IMG/VR virus record: IMGVR_UViG_3300046169_000081
Span: 2,406 to 66,405 of that record
DNA: 64,000 nt
Origin: a virus
Direction: 5' to 3' (one strand)
Every line of letters starts with the position of its first letter. The first letter of the stretch is position 1. Made by a program: the position numbers and the translations under genes. Positions 18,707 through 27,190 of the stretch are shown here, in pieces. The notes under the pieces were generated by a model. The model saw only the letters and a list, made by a program, of their open reading frames with translations. It ran no database searches and was not told the DNA's origin.

Positions 18707-19045
18707 ATGAAAGAGATGGATAGGGACATGTTGAATAAGTTATTAGAGGTTCAGTATCTTAAAGGACGCTTAGATGAGTTGCAGTTTAAAGCTTTACCAA
18801 ATACAATAAATTTAAACAAGCAAAGAAAACTTGATGTTAGAATAGATAAGTATCATAAAAAACTCAGGTCAGTAGATCCATTGTCTTATCATTTATATGT
18901 AATGGAGCATCATAATAGGGTTGTAGCAAAACAAAAGTCTAAAACCAGAATGAAAAAGTTATTGGAAGATATCCTTCCTCTTATAGATGTAGAAACACAT
19001 GGAGAAACATATGAAAAAATCAAAGCGCAACTATATAGTTATTAA
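18707..19045 (+). CDS. hypothetical protein
   Basis: ORF track. Confidence 0.55.
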   Translation: MKEMDRDMLNKLLEVQYLKGRLDELQFKALPNTINLNKQRKLDVRIDKYHKKLRSVDPLSYHLYVMEHHNRVVAKQKSKTRMKKLLEDILPLIDVETHGETYEKIKAQLYSY

Positions 19046-19153
19046 TGGTAGAAAAGTCAGATATGAAGATTGTAGTGAATTTAATCAAACTTATTACTGG
19101 CAAAGATCTAATATGCAAACCACTGCTAAAAGAAAAAATAAAAATAAAAGTTA

Positions 19154-19456
19154 ATGAGTCCTGAAGAAAGAAAAAAAAGACCCGTATTTAGTGGAGTACT
19201 AAAATATTTTCCGGATGCTATAATGGAAATAGCTCGTGTATCGTTACAAGGGAATAAACAACACCATCCTGATAAACCATTACACTGGGATCGTAATAAA
19301 TCTAATGATGATTATGATGCCCTCGCAAGACATCTAATTGATGCAGGGACAATAGATAGTGATGGAATTCGTCATACCGCAAAAGTGGCGTGGCGTGCAT
19401 TAGCATGTTTACAAAAAGAAATAGAAAATGAAAATAAGAAGGGGACAATACGTTGA
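19154..19456 (+). CDS. dATP/dGTP diphosphohydrolase-domain protein (DUF5664-like)
   Basis: FPDAIMEIARVSLQGNKQH, DALARHL, DGIRHTAKVAWRALACLQ. Confidence 0.75.
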   Translation: MSPEERKKRPVFSGVLKYFPDAIMEIARVSLQGNKQHHPDKPLHWDRNKSNDDYDALARHLIDAGTIDSDGIRHTAKVAWRALACLQKEIENENKKGTIR

Positions 19457-19574
19457 ACAAACATCATTCGGTATTACATATGCATACTATCATGATCGGT
19501 ATAAAGCATTGATATTTGAATTTGGTATATGGTATGTTGAATTAATATTTAAAGATTATGAAAAGAAGAATTAA
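19428..19574 (+). CDS. small beta-rich protein (48 aa), not in ORF track
   Basis: Manual translation MKIRRGQYVEQTSFGITYAYYHDRYKALIFEFGIWYVELIFKDYEKKN; bridges the gap between neighbours. Confidence 0.45.
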   Translation: MKIRRGQYVEQTSFGITYAYYHDRYKALIFEFGIWYVELIFKDYEKKN

Positions 19575-20058
19575 AAGATTTTTTTATAAAATAAAACGTG
19601 TAATAGACTTTATACCTATTGTATGGAAAGGATATGATTTTGATTATTATTCATCTATAGAACTTTTTAAATATCAGCTAAAACGAACAGCTGAATACCT
19701 AGAATCAGATAAAGCTCATACATTAGAAGCAAAAACAAATGCCTCTAAAATATGGACTGCTGTTGAATTGATGGAGAAAGTATATGATGAAGAGTATGGT
19801 ACGGAGTATATAGATATCATTGAGAAACTTTATGGTAAAAGTAAACATGAATTTGTAGAGTTAGATGAAAAAGATGAGAATGGAGACCCATACTATACAA
19901 TGAAAATATGGAATGAATTAGCAGTAGATGAAGAGCATCAAAAAGAAATTGATGAAGTAAGACATCAAATGTTTCTACTTAGTAAAGATAAACAAAAACG
20001 TGCCCATAAACTACTTTGGACGTATATTGAGCATAATATTTTAAAATGGTGGGATTAA
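19558..20058 (+). CDS. hypothetical protein
   Basis: ORF track; ends in KWWD. Confidence 0.6.
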   Translation: MKRRIKRFFYKIKRVIDFIPIVWKGYDFDYYSSIELFKYQLKRTAEYLESDKAHTLEAKTNASKIWTAVELMEKVYDEEYGTEYIDIIEKLYGKSKHEFVELDEKDENGDPYYTMKIWNELAVDEEHQKEIDEVRHQMFLLSKDKQKRAHKLLWTYIEHNILKWWD

Positions 20059-20078
20059 TATAAAATTTAAAAAGAAAG

Positions 20079-20234
20079 ATGAAAACACCGCTGGAAGAAT
20101 TACTTAAACTTGAATCAGACTTAACACATATGTTTGATTCAGACCAAAGAGTTGCAATGGCTTTACTTGAGCATATTCGTAATAATAAGAAAGAAATGCT
20201 TGAGAAAGAGAAAGAGATGAAAGGTGAGGTTTAA
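20079..20234 (+). CDS. hypothetical protein (51 aa), last gene of the + strand module
   Basis: Manual translation MKTPLEELLKLESDLTHMFDSDQRVAMALLEHIRNNKKEMLEKEKEMKGEV. Confidence 0.45.
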   Translation: MKTPLEELLKLESDLTHMFDSDQRVAMALLEHIRNNKKEMLEKEKEMKGEV

Positions 20235-20247
20235 GAAAGTAATTAAT

Positions 20248-20430
20248 TTACTTTCCGTAATTTTCAGACATTATACTATTCATAGTACCTAGTACAGTTG
20301 TATTAGGGTCAGGTCTAAAACCACCTTTATTTGAGTTTTGACTAGTATTAACCACTGAGCCAGTAGCCCTTGTTTTAGGACTATGTGGACTCAGTGGATT
20401 ACTTGCTTTATTTCCTTTTACTTTACTCAT
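20248..20430 (-). CDS. small basic hypothetical protein
   Basis: ORF track; directly follows the 1202-aa gene. Confidence 0.5.
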   Translation of the reverse strand: MSKVKGNKASNPLSPHSPKTRATGSVVNTSQNSNKGGFRPDPNTTVLGTMNSIMSENYGK

Positions 20431-20431
20431 A

Positions 20432-23400
20432 TTAAATGTTTTGGAATCCTAAATCTTGAAGTTTTGTACGAATTAGAGTTTGATAGAAACCAGCACTAGG
20501 TGAGGTTTGTGGTATACCGGTTGTTCCATATGTTGGGTCTCCGTTATAACCAGAAAACTCTATCCTTCTTGGTGTAGGTGGAGTTGGTTCAATTGGTAAT
20601 AGTGGTGCAGTAGTATTACTCCAGTTACCACCAAACTGTAGTCCAGCAGCTACATCACCAAATCCTACTCCATTACGAGCTCCAGCAGAAATACCTATAT
20701 TACGAATAGTAGAATTAGTGTTAGCAGCAAACATACAACCAACAGCATTTACATTTGTTGGAGTACCATTTATACTAGCATTAGGTCCAAGAGTAATCCA
20801 AGTACGTGTTGAATTTAAATCAGCAAGTAAGTTGGCACCACCTGCAGTACCAGTACCACTATATGGACCGGTGTTATTAGGTAGATCATAAGAACCAGAA
20901 GCTTCATCTCCAAATACTAGTGTACAAATTGTTGTTGCTCTTTCAAATATTCCACCAGTAGAAACAGAAGCATCAAATTCTGCTTGAGTATCTTGATAAC
21001 CATAATTTGCAAGACCATAAAACCAGTTTTCTCCATTTCCTGGAGCTTGATTCATGAAACCAAATTTAAGGTGAGAAGTATATCTATTTCTACCATTGGT
21101 TGCTGGGTCAGGATTATTATCTGGTGCTCCTTCTACTCCACCTGTTGCATAGAAATCTTGGAATAAAGATCTAAGACTATCTTGATTATTATAGTCATTT
21201 GATGCAAGCGCATCACTTATAGTTAATAATAAAAAATCACCAACTTGAATAGTTCCGGTTGGATTGGCATCACAAAGTAAAGTATTAGAACCCGGATTTT
21301 GTTGAGTTGTAATATTTATACCAGTATTAGTTAAGTTACCATTGGTTGGGTCAATTATTTGAATTGAAAAAGATGTTGTAACTCCAGCAGGAAGAGTGCT
21401 TGGAACCACAAAAAAAGAATTTTGACCTACACCTGCATCACCCGCTACTACAGCACTAACATCATTTATAAAAACGCTATTAGCTACTTGAGTTCCACCA
21501 GTTACACCACCTGTTCCAGTTATACTATTAGCAGTTACACCCGTAACTTCTACTATAGCTTGCCCAACGCTTACTTGTCTTGCAAGCTCTTGAGCAAGAT
21601 CGTCCATTGATCCTGAATTATCAATCCAAACTGCAAAATATGTATCTCTATCTGGAATAATACCTGATATTGTAAATTGTTGTGTGGCTGATAAACCTCC
21701 TGGATCAGTAACTGTAAGTATAACTGTCCATATACCCCCTGTTACTGGATATGTTCCACTAAGTGTACCTCCACAATCAGCTGGAGTATTTGGTGTAAAT
21801 GTTAACCAAGTTCCTGGAGTACCATTAGAATCAACTAGTGTCATGTTATAAGTTAAATCAGAACAAGGATGATCTGGATCAGCTACTGTCCAGTTATAAG
21901 GAACTAGAACATCGCCTCCTGTAAGATTAGTCCATGGAGTTCCTGTATATGTTGGATCTGTAGGATCAATTGATGTCCATATAGGTGCATCATTAATTGA
22001 ATTAACAGTTATATTAACATTTGCTATATTACTATCACAATAACCATCATTTGCTTGATACGTAAAGCTGTCAAAACCATTATAATTAAGATTTGGTGTA
22101 TATGTATATGTTCCTGTAGCTGAATCAAAATTAGTTATTGTTCCATTTGTTGGTTGAGATACTATAGTAAATGTATATCCATATCCTCCATAACCATCAT
22201 CTGAAGTAATAAGTGTACCATTATGAGATGTGTCTTCATCTACTGTAAAGCTAGCATTATTTACTATAGGACAAGTGTTATCAGAATATATCTTACAGCA
22301 TGCATCCCAATTTAATTGAGCATTGCTTGTTGTAGGTACTTCATATAATTCTGCTTTAAATTTAAGCTTCTCACCAAATAAAAGAGTTGAAGTTTCATAG
22401 CCATTATCAATAGCGCCTGTCCAACCGGAACCTATACTAGCTTGATTCCAAGATGTATGATTGCTTACGGTTGTAAAAGAAGCAGAACTCCATTGAGGGA
22501 ATCTAATTACATTATCGGCTAACAATGAACCTGTCTTTACATTTTCTGCAATTACTACAACTCTATCTCCATCAACAAGCCAATCCATATCTTTAATATT
22601 TTTGACTGCAGTTGTTGTGTCATCAAGCTTTACATATGCATTAAAGTTACCATCGGTTGATGCCCAACCATCAGGTAACATTTCTAATGTATCAAAGCCA
22701 ACTTGTGGTTTAATAGTAGATGCATCTCTTTGTCTTACCAATCCTGTGGTAGTGTCTCTTACTAATACTTTCTCTAAAGCATTATCATCAGGAACATCTT
22801 CTAATTCTAAATCAACATTTATTTGAACAGATCCATCTGCTAAACGTGGGTGTACACCACCTGCAGCATCACCTCCTAATACAAGTTTATTGTTAGTTTG
22901 TGTAGTATCAACATCAAAAGAGATGAATTCTTCTTTTGATAGGTTAGCATCTTCACTTGTAAAGTGCTCTATTTTAAGTTGATCTGAACTAATACTATCA
23001 GTCTCTATACCAAAGACATTGTTACCCTCTGCAAAAAAGTTTACTTGATTAATATCATCATTAACTAAATTAATAACTGAGTCTGCTGATGTATTTATCA
23101 CGTTGAATGTAACGCTAGATATTACATTTGTAGCTGGTGTAGAATTATCACCATCTTGAATAAGTTTTGAACAGCCTAGTGTGTTAGAGTCAGGAGTCCA
23201 AAGAGGAATTGTATATACAGCACATTGCTCTCCTACTATAGCAGCAGGGTTATCCTCCCATGAGAACGTAACCCCATCAGAAATCAAAATTTGATCAGCA
23301 TTACCAATAGGCAATTCTTGTTTGAGGTCATTTATATTACCTTGCCATAGACTACCATATGTAAGAGCTTCAACAACGTCATCATCAGACCATATAACTC

Positions 23401-24040
23401 TACCATCAGCAAGACCTACAAGAACTTGTGCTAGTCCACCCACATTACCTTGAGAGTCATATACCGGACCATTAAGGAATATGTTTGAGTTTATAACTGT
23501 GTTTGTAGTTGGTTGAGCTGGTGACACAACAGGAACACCATGCTGAACATTTACTAAAGCTGTAAATGTAACACCATCCATTGTAAAGTTTGGATCATCT
23601 TCTAATTCTCCATTTGGCCCTACAATAACTATACGGTCCTCAGTAAGGTCTAATATATTTGCTGAACCAGCTGTAAGTTGCAAGTCTACTATAAGATTAC
23701 CATTGTTTACTGTAATAGTATCTCCAATAGCATTCTGTGTAATAATAGAATCCTTTAGCGTATCCCAAGAACAAGATCCTTCAGGTGTAGTATAGACAGG
23801 TACAAAACCTAAATTACCTGAGCCAGGTTGAGTTCTGGTCAGGTCTTCTGTTGCTTCACATACAAGGTCTCCCCATTTAATTACAAATGGTTCCATTTTA
23901 GGATTATAAGCCGCTCCAGTATTTAAATTACTGGTTTGATAAAGCTTACCAAACTCAAAATGATCTCTCATTTTGTCTAGCTTCTTTTTCTTTTTATTTC
24001 TTTTTAATAGCCCTAAGACTTCTTGTATATAAACGCTCAT
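20432..24040 (-). CDS. fibre/adhesin-like virion protein with Ig/cadherin-like domains and a C-terminal vWA-like domain
   Basis: G/T/N/D-rich; FTVDEDT...YTYTPNLNYNGFDSFTYQANDG (Big/cadherin-like), GTLSGT...LTVTDPGGLSATQQFTI (Ig-like), VWIDNSGSM...LVFGDE (MIDAS-like). Confidence 0.7.
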   Translation of the reverse strand: MSVYIQEVLGLLKRNKKKKKLDKMRDHFEFGKLYQTSNLNTGAAYNPKMEPFVIKWGDLVCEATEDLTRTQPGSGNLGFVPVYTTPEGSCSWDTLKDSIITQNAIGDTITVNNGNLIVDLQLTAGSANILDLTEDRIVIVGPNGELEDDPNFTMDGVTFTALVNVQHGVPVVSPAQPTTNTVINSNIFLNGPVYDSQGNVGGLAQVLVGLADGRVIWSDDDVVEALTYGSLWQGNINDLKQELPIGNADQILISDGVTFSWEDNPAAIVGEQCAVYTIPLWTPDSNTLGCSKLIQDGDNSTPATNVISSVTFNVINTSADSVINLVNDDINQVNFFAEGNNVFGIETDSISSDQLKIEHFTSEDANLSKEEFISFDVDTTQTNNKLVLGGDAAGGVHPRLADGSVQINVDLELEDVPDDNALEKVLVRDTTTGLVRQRDASTIKPQVGFDTLEMLPDGWASTDGNFNAYVKLDDTTTAVKNIKDMDWLVDGDRVVVIAENVKTGSLLADNVIRFPQWSSASFTTVSNHTSWNQASIGSGWTGAIDNGYETSTLLFGEKLKFKAELYEVPTTSNAQLNWDACCKIYSDNTCPIVNNASFTVDEDTSHNGTLITSDDGYGGYGYTFTIVSQPTNGTITNFDSATGTYTYTPNLNYNGFDSFTYQANDGYCDSNIANVNITVNSINDAPIWTSIDPTDPTYTGTPWTNLTGGDVLVPYNWTVADPDHPCSDLTYNMTLVDSNGTPGTWLTFTPNTPADCGGTLSGTYPVTGGIWTVILTVTDPGGLSATQQFTISGIIPDRDTYFAVWIDNSGSMDDLAQELARQVSVGQAIVEVTGVTANSITGTGGVTGGTQVANSVFINDVSAVVAGDAGVGQNSFFVVPSTLPAGVTTSFSIQIIDPTNGNLTNTGINITTQQNPGSNTLLCDANPTGTIQVGDFLLLTISDALASNDYNNQDSLRSLFQDFYATGGVEGAPDNNPDPATNGRNRYTSHLKFGFMNQAPGNGENWFYGLANYGYQDTQAEFDASVSTGGIFERATTICTLVFGDEASGSYDLPNNTGPYSGTGTAGGANLLADLNSTRTWITLGPNASINGTPTNVNAVGCMFAANTNSTIRNIGISAGARNGVGFGDVAAGLQFGGNWSNTTAPLLPIEPTPPTPRRIEFSGYNGDPTYGTTGIPQTSPSAGFYQTLIRTKLQDLGFQNI

Positions 24041-24078
24041 CTCTTTTTAATTTATTTTTAAATATAGTAAAATTATTT

Positions 24079-24291
24079 TTAACCTCTCCTATATCCTTTT
24101 TTAAAAGCTGCTGACTGAACTGGTTCTGCAGCTCTTGTAGATTTTTGAGGAGGATTCAATTTACTTTTTTTAGCCATTCTCATTCTAGCTTCTACAGCCC
24201 TTCTGTTTTTCTTTTGTTGAATTGCTTGGGGTATGGATGTAGGATCATAATATCCATTTTCTCCTGGTTGTAATTTTTTATGTGACTTCAT
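24079..24291 (-). CDS. small basic protein (70 aa)
   Basis: ORF track; K/R-rich. Confidence 0.55.
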   Translation of the reverse strand: MKSHKKLQPGENGYYDPTSIPQAIQQKKNRRAVEARMRMAKKSKLNPPQKSTRAAEPVQSAAFKKGYRRG

Positions 24292-24297
24292 AATATT

Positions 24298-24552
24298 TTA
24301 TTTTTTACTTTTTATACCGCCACCATTTCTCATAGTTCTTGGGTCAAGGACATCTCCACCATTCATATAACCCATAAGACCTCCACCTTTGGCCATTTGA
24401 TTCATACGTGCTTTATTTGGAGTAATATCTCCATCACCAGCTCCATAAGTGCTACCGCCCATTTTTTTATATCCTTTAGCTTTCAAAGCATCAAATAGTG
24501 CTTGTGCACCTTTTCCTTTTGAACCGCCTTTCTTATACATTCTCTTTTTCAT
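24298..24552 (-). CDS. small basic protein with five x-x-G-G motifs
   Basis: YKKGG, KKMGG, MAKGG, YMNGG, MRNGG in 84 aa. Confidence 0.65.
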   Translation of the reverse strand: MKKRMYKKGGSKGKGAQALFDALKAKGYKKMGGSTYGAGDGDITPNKARMNQMAKGGGLMGYMNGGDVLDPRTMRNGGGIKSKK

Positions 24553-24557
24553 AATTT

Positions 24558-25019
24558 TTATTTTTTAATTGTTGTATACTTTTCAAATCCACGTGAGCCA
24601 AAATAAGCTACATAAATTGTAACTAATAAAGTCTTTAGTAATTCTACCCAACTTTCATCTATGTCAAATGCAATATCTAATGAATCAAGCACAATATATA
24701 AAGAAGTGATGATTGTTAAATACACTAGTGTCAGTGGTCTTGTATTTTTACTTAACCACGAATCTGATTTCATATCACTATCCCAACGTTTTGTTACTTC
24801 TTGCATTTCAATCATATCTAATTCAAGAAGTTTCATAGCTTTTTCTTTATCTTCAGGCGGTAATGTAGGATCTTTATCAATAAGATTTTTTACTACACCT
24901 AAAACACCTGAGTCAGGTAATAGATCTCCAACTGTGTCTACAATACCTGAACCAGCGCCTAACAAAAATTTCCCAACTTTTGTATCTTTAAATTTCTTTT
25001 TAGGTTTTTTATTACTCAT
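24558..25019 (-). CDS. holin of the 3TM (GTA-type) family
   Basis: RWDSDMKSDSWLSKNTRP followed by two TM segments and YFGSRGFEK. Confidence 0.8.
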   Translation of the reverse strand: MSNKKPKKKFKDTKVGKFLLGAGSGIVDTVGDLLPDSGVLGVVKNLIDKDPTLPPEDKEKAMKLLELDMIEMQEVTKRWDSDMKSDSWLSKNTRPLTLVYLTIITSLYIVLDSLDIAFDIDESWVELLKTLLVTIYVAYFGSRGFEKYTTIKK

Positions 25020-25021
25020 TG

Positions 25022-26005
25022 TTAATATTGTTTAATTAATAGTTCTGTATTAAGTAATTGATCATCAGGTCCTACAGGAACACCAATCTGCATAACACGC
25101 AATTCAAAACCATTTGTAGTTACACTATTAATTTGAGCTAGGTAACCACTATTTTTAAAAACCTGAGCAATATTAATAGATGCAACATTAGAAATTGGGC
25201 TTGCAAATGTTGCCGTGTACTGCCCTACACCTTGATATGCCCAAGTTATAGTAATTCCGGCAGTATTAACTAATACTGTTTCTGCTGGAGCGTTAGTCCC
25301 TGTTTGTGTTAATAAAACTCTATACTCGGTATATGGTGCTACTATATCAATATTATCTGTGTTTTGTGATATTGCTACACTACCATTTGAAGAAGTTAAT
25401 GATCTAAATTGTAATTCAGGTCCAGCTTTCTGTGCAAATGTTCCTGCCCCTATACCTACATTTGATGCTGTGTTAACTTCACCTCCTCCAGCTGCTGATG
25501 TAATTGTAATTTCTCCGTTATTCTCTGATAAATTAATATTACTACCTGCAACTAAAGATTTAAAATTAAGTGTTTCACCAACTTTATCTGCCCAAACACC
25601 AATACCATTACCTAAGTTAGCAGCAGTATTTGGTTCCCCATCTGTATCAATTTCAATATAATTATCATCAGCTGATAAATTTAAAGTGAGGTTACTACTT
25701 AATGATTTTAGAGATCTAAGGTATACTGTGCATTTATTTGTAGTTGGATCTACATCTTGTTTTTGAAATATACCTACCGACCCTGTTTCTGGGCTAGCTG
25801 GTGCATTAGCAGTATCACAATTTTCTGAAGATGCAAGATCTTTTACTTTAATAAGCTTTACTGATTTATAAGGTATTGGAGATGCAACACCAGTCATATC
25901 CGGCTTTTCATTCCACATACCTAAAACAACAACATCATCTTTGTGAGCTGTTTCTGTAAATTTACCGCGTCTAATAAGACTTAATATGTCAGTTAAAATG
26001 TTCAT
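25022..26005 (-). CDS. fibre-like virion protein with three internal repeats
   Basis: Repeats GEPNTAANLG..GVWADK..LNFKSL / GEVNTASNVG..GTFAQK..LQFRSL / GIFQKQ..YLRSL. Confidence 0.65.
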   Translation of the reverse strand: MNILTDILSLIRRGKFTETAHKDDVVVLGMWNEKPDMTGVASPIPYKSVKLIKVKDLASSENCDTANAPASPETGSVGIFQKQDVDPTTNKCTVYLRSLKSLSSNLTLNLSADDNYIEIDTDGEPNTAANLGNGIGVWADKVGETLNFKSLVAGSNINLSENNGEITITSAAGGGEVNTASNVGIGAGTFAQKAGPELQFRSLTSSNGSVAISQNTDNIDIVAPYTEYRVLLTQTGTNAPAETVLVNTAGITITWAYQGVGQYTATFASPISNVASINIAQVFKNSGYLAQINSVTTNGFELRVMQIGVPVGPDDQLLNTELLIKQY

Positions 26006-26007
26006 GT

Positions 26008-26229
26008 CTATTTACCAGAATGAGTCCAACCACCCATTTTATATTCTTGCATTTTTTCTGAGCCGTCTTTATTTTTAACAACTCTTTCTGCTTTACCACC
26101 TTTACGCATTTTTTCAACAACTGAACCCAGCATCATATCATCTAATTCTCCACCGCTTCTCATTAGTAGTTTAGCTTGCTGTCTTGTTATTTTTTGTGGT
26201 TTTAAACCCGCTTGTTTCTTTTTACTCAT
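26008..26229 (-). CDS. small basic protein with three x-x-G-G motifs
   Basis: MRSGGEL, MRKGGKA, YKMGGWT. Confidence 0.6.
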   Translation of the reverse strand: MSKKKQAGLKPQKITRQQAKLLMRSGGELDDMMLGSVVEKMRKGGKAERVVKNKDGSEKMQEYKMGGWTHSGK

Positions 26230-26372
26230 GATATATCTAATGTTAATGTAACTACGAGCAAGTACAACCTAATTGTTGTAAATGGCTCTTTTTCATTTGC
26301 TTCTATAAACTCCCATCCTAATGCAAGTCTATTGTGAGGCCAATGAAATGCTATTTCTAAATCCCAATTCAT
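26226..26372 (-). CDS. small beta-rich protein (48 aa), not in ORF track
   Basis: MNWDLEIAFHWPHNRLALGWEFIEANEKEPFTTIRLYLLVVTLTLDIS; start and stop overlap neighbours (TAATG, ATGA). Confidence 0.6.
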   Translation of the reverse strand: MNWDLEIAFHWPHNRLALGWEFIEANEKEPFTTIRLYLLVVTLTLDIS

Positions 26373-26473
26373 TATACACAACTTTTAGTTTTATTACATA
26401 AACCTTGACGGCAATAACCTAAACACTTTTTTCCTTTAGTAATCCATTGTATGAATAAGCAAATGTTTCTCAT
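26372..26473 (-). CDS. Cys-rich microprotein (33 aa), not in ORF track
   Basis: MRNICLFIQWITKGKKCLGYCRQGLCNKTKSCV; coupled to neighbours at both ends. Confidence 0.55.
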   Translation of the reverse strand: MRNICLFIQWITKGKKCLGYCRQGLCNKTKSCV

Positions 26474-26598
26474 CTTTTTCCGCCTTGACCTTTATATTTT
26501 TGTTTATAGCCACTTTGACCTTTGCTAGCATTTTTACTGTGCACACCAGGTCTTTTAGTTCTACTTGAAGGAGTAAAGTTGTTTATTACTTTAGCCAT
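26470..26598 (-). CDS. basic microprotein (42 aa) ending KYKGQGGKR, not in ORF track
   Basis: MAKVINNFTPSSRTKRPGVHSKNASKGQSGYKQKYKGQGGKR; resembles small Y(R/K)GQG-ending proteins of aquatic phages. Confidence 0.6.
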   Translation of the reverse strand: MAKVINNFTPSSRTKRPGVHSKNASKGQSGYKQKYKGQGGKR

Positions 26599-26758
26599 TG
26601 TTTTTACCTTTTAAAGCTTTAACTGCAGCTTTGGTTCTTTTTTTAGTTTCTTTGACACCTTCAATAACCTTTTCATCTACTTCAGTTTTTGACCAAGCCC
26701 ATTTCCAATAGTCTTGAAGACTGAAAGTCCAGATTACATTTAATATTTTTTTTAACAT
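26591..26758 (-). CDS. microprotein (55 aa), not in ORF track
   Basis: MLKKILNVIWTFSLQDYWKWAWSKTEVDEKVIEGVKETKKRTKAAVKALKGKNNG; first gene after the promoter motif. Confidence 0.55.
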   Translation of the reverse strand: MLKKILNVIWTFSLQDYWKWAWSKTEVDEKVIEGVKETKKRTKAAVKALKGKNNG

Positions 26759-26786
26759 CCTTTAAAAATTTAAAGTACTATAGTAA

Positions 26787-26875
26787 TAATATACAAAATT
26801 ACTATAAGCTATTCAAATATAATTGTATATTTGTGTTGTATCACAGCTTCTGATATATAATTAATATACAAAATT
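26787..26875. promoter_or_regulatory. divergent promoter region: two copies of AATTTTGTATATTA (- strand) and one TATATTTG (+ strand)
   Basis: Exact 14-nt repeat taatatacaaaatt at 26787-26800 and 26862-26875; TATATTTG at 26826-26833. Confidence 0.55.
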
Positions 26876-26905
26876 TATTTCTAATTATTTTAAAACACAT
26901 ATCCT

Positions 26906-27094
26906 ATGAATAAAGTGAATCCTTTAGTATTCAAAAATAAATTATCTGTTGAGTTTTTACCCACTGAAACATTATTTGGTTTAAAAACTGTTAACTGTGA
27001 AGTATTATGTGATGATAATAAATACCGTTGGGTCAATGGTTTAGAAATTGGATTAATTTTTTTAACAATTTCTTACGTTAATATCAAGCTTTAA
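26906..27094 (+). CDS. small beta-rich hypothetical protein (62 aa)
   Basis: ORF track. Confidence 0.5.
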   Translation: MNKVNPLVFKNKLSVEFLPTETLFGLKTVNCEVLCDDNKYRWVNGLEIGLIFLTISYVNIKL

Positions 27095-27138
27095 TTCTTT
27101 TTTTATAGATATATTTTTCTTAAATTATATCACATGGC

Positions 27139-27170
27139 AGCTGCACTTCTCTTCTGAGGTGCGGCTTTTT
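27139..27170 (+). terminator. intrinsic terminator-like hairpin 20 nt upstream of nrdB
   Basis: agctgcacttc-tcttct-gaggtgcggct then tttt. Confidence 0.65.
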
Positions 27171-27190
27171 AATCCTTAATAACTATCCTT

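Noticed and set aside
19045-19164. 39-aa ORF MVEKSDMKIVVNLIKLITGKDLICKPLLKEKIKIKVNES
   Set aside because: It fills the gap and could be real, but it is too short and featureless to support.
19154-19456. Z-genome (2-aminoadenine) pathway
   Set aside because: No purZ in the window; the hydrolase alone is insufficient evidence.
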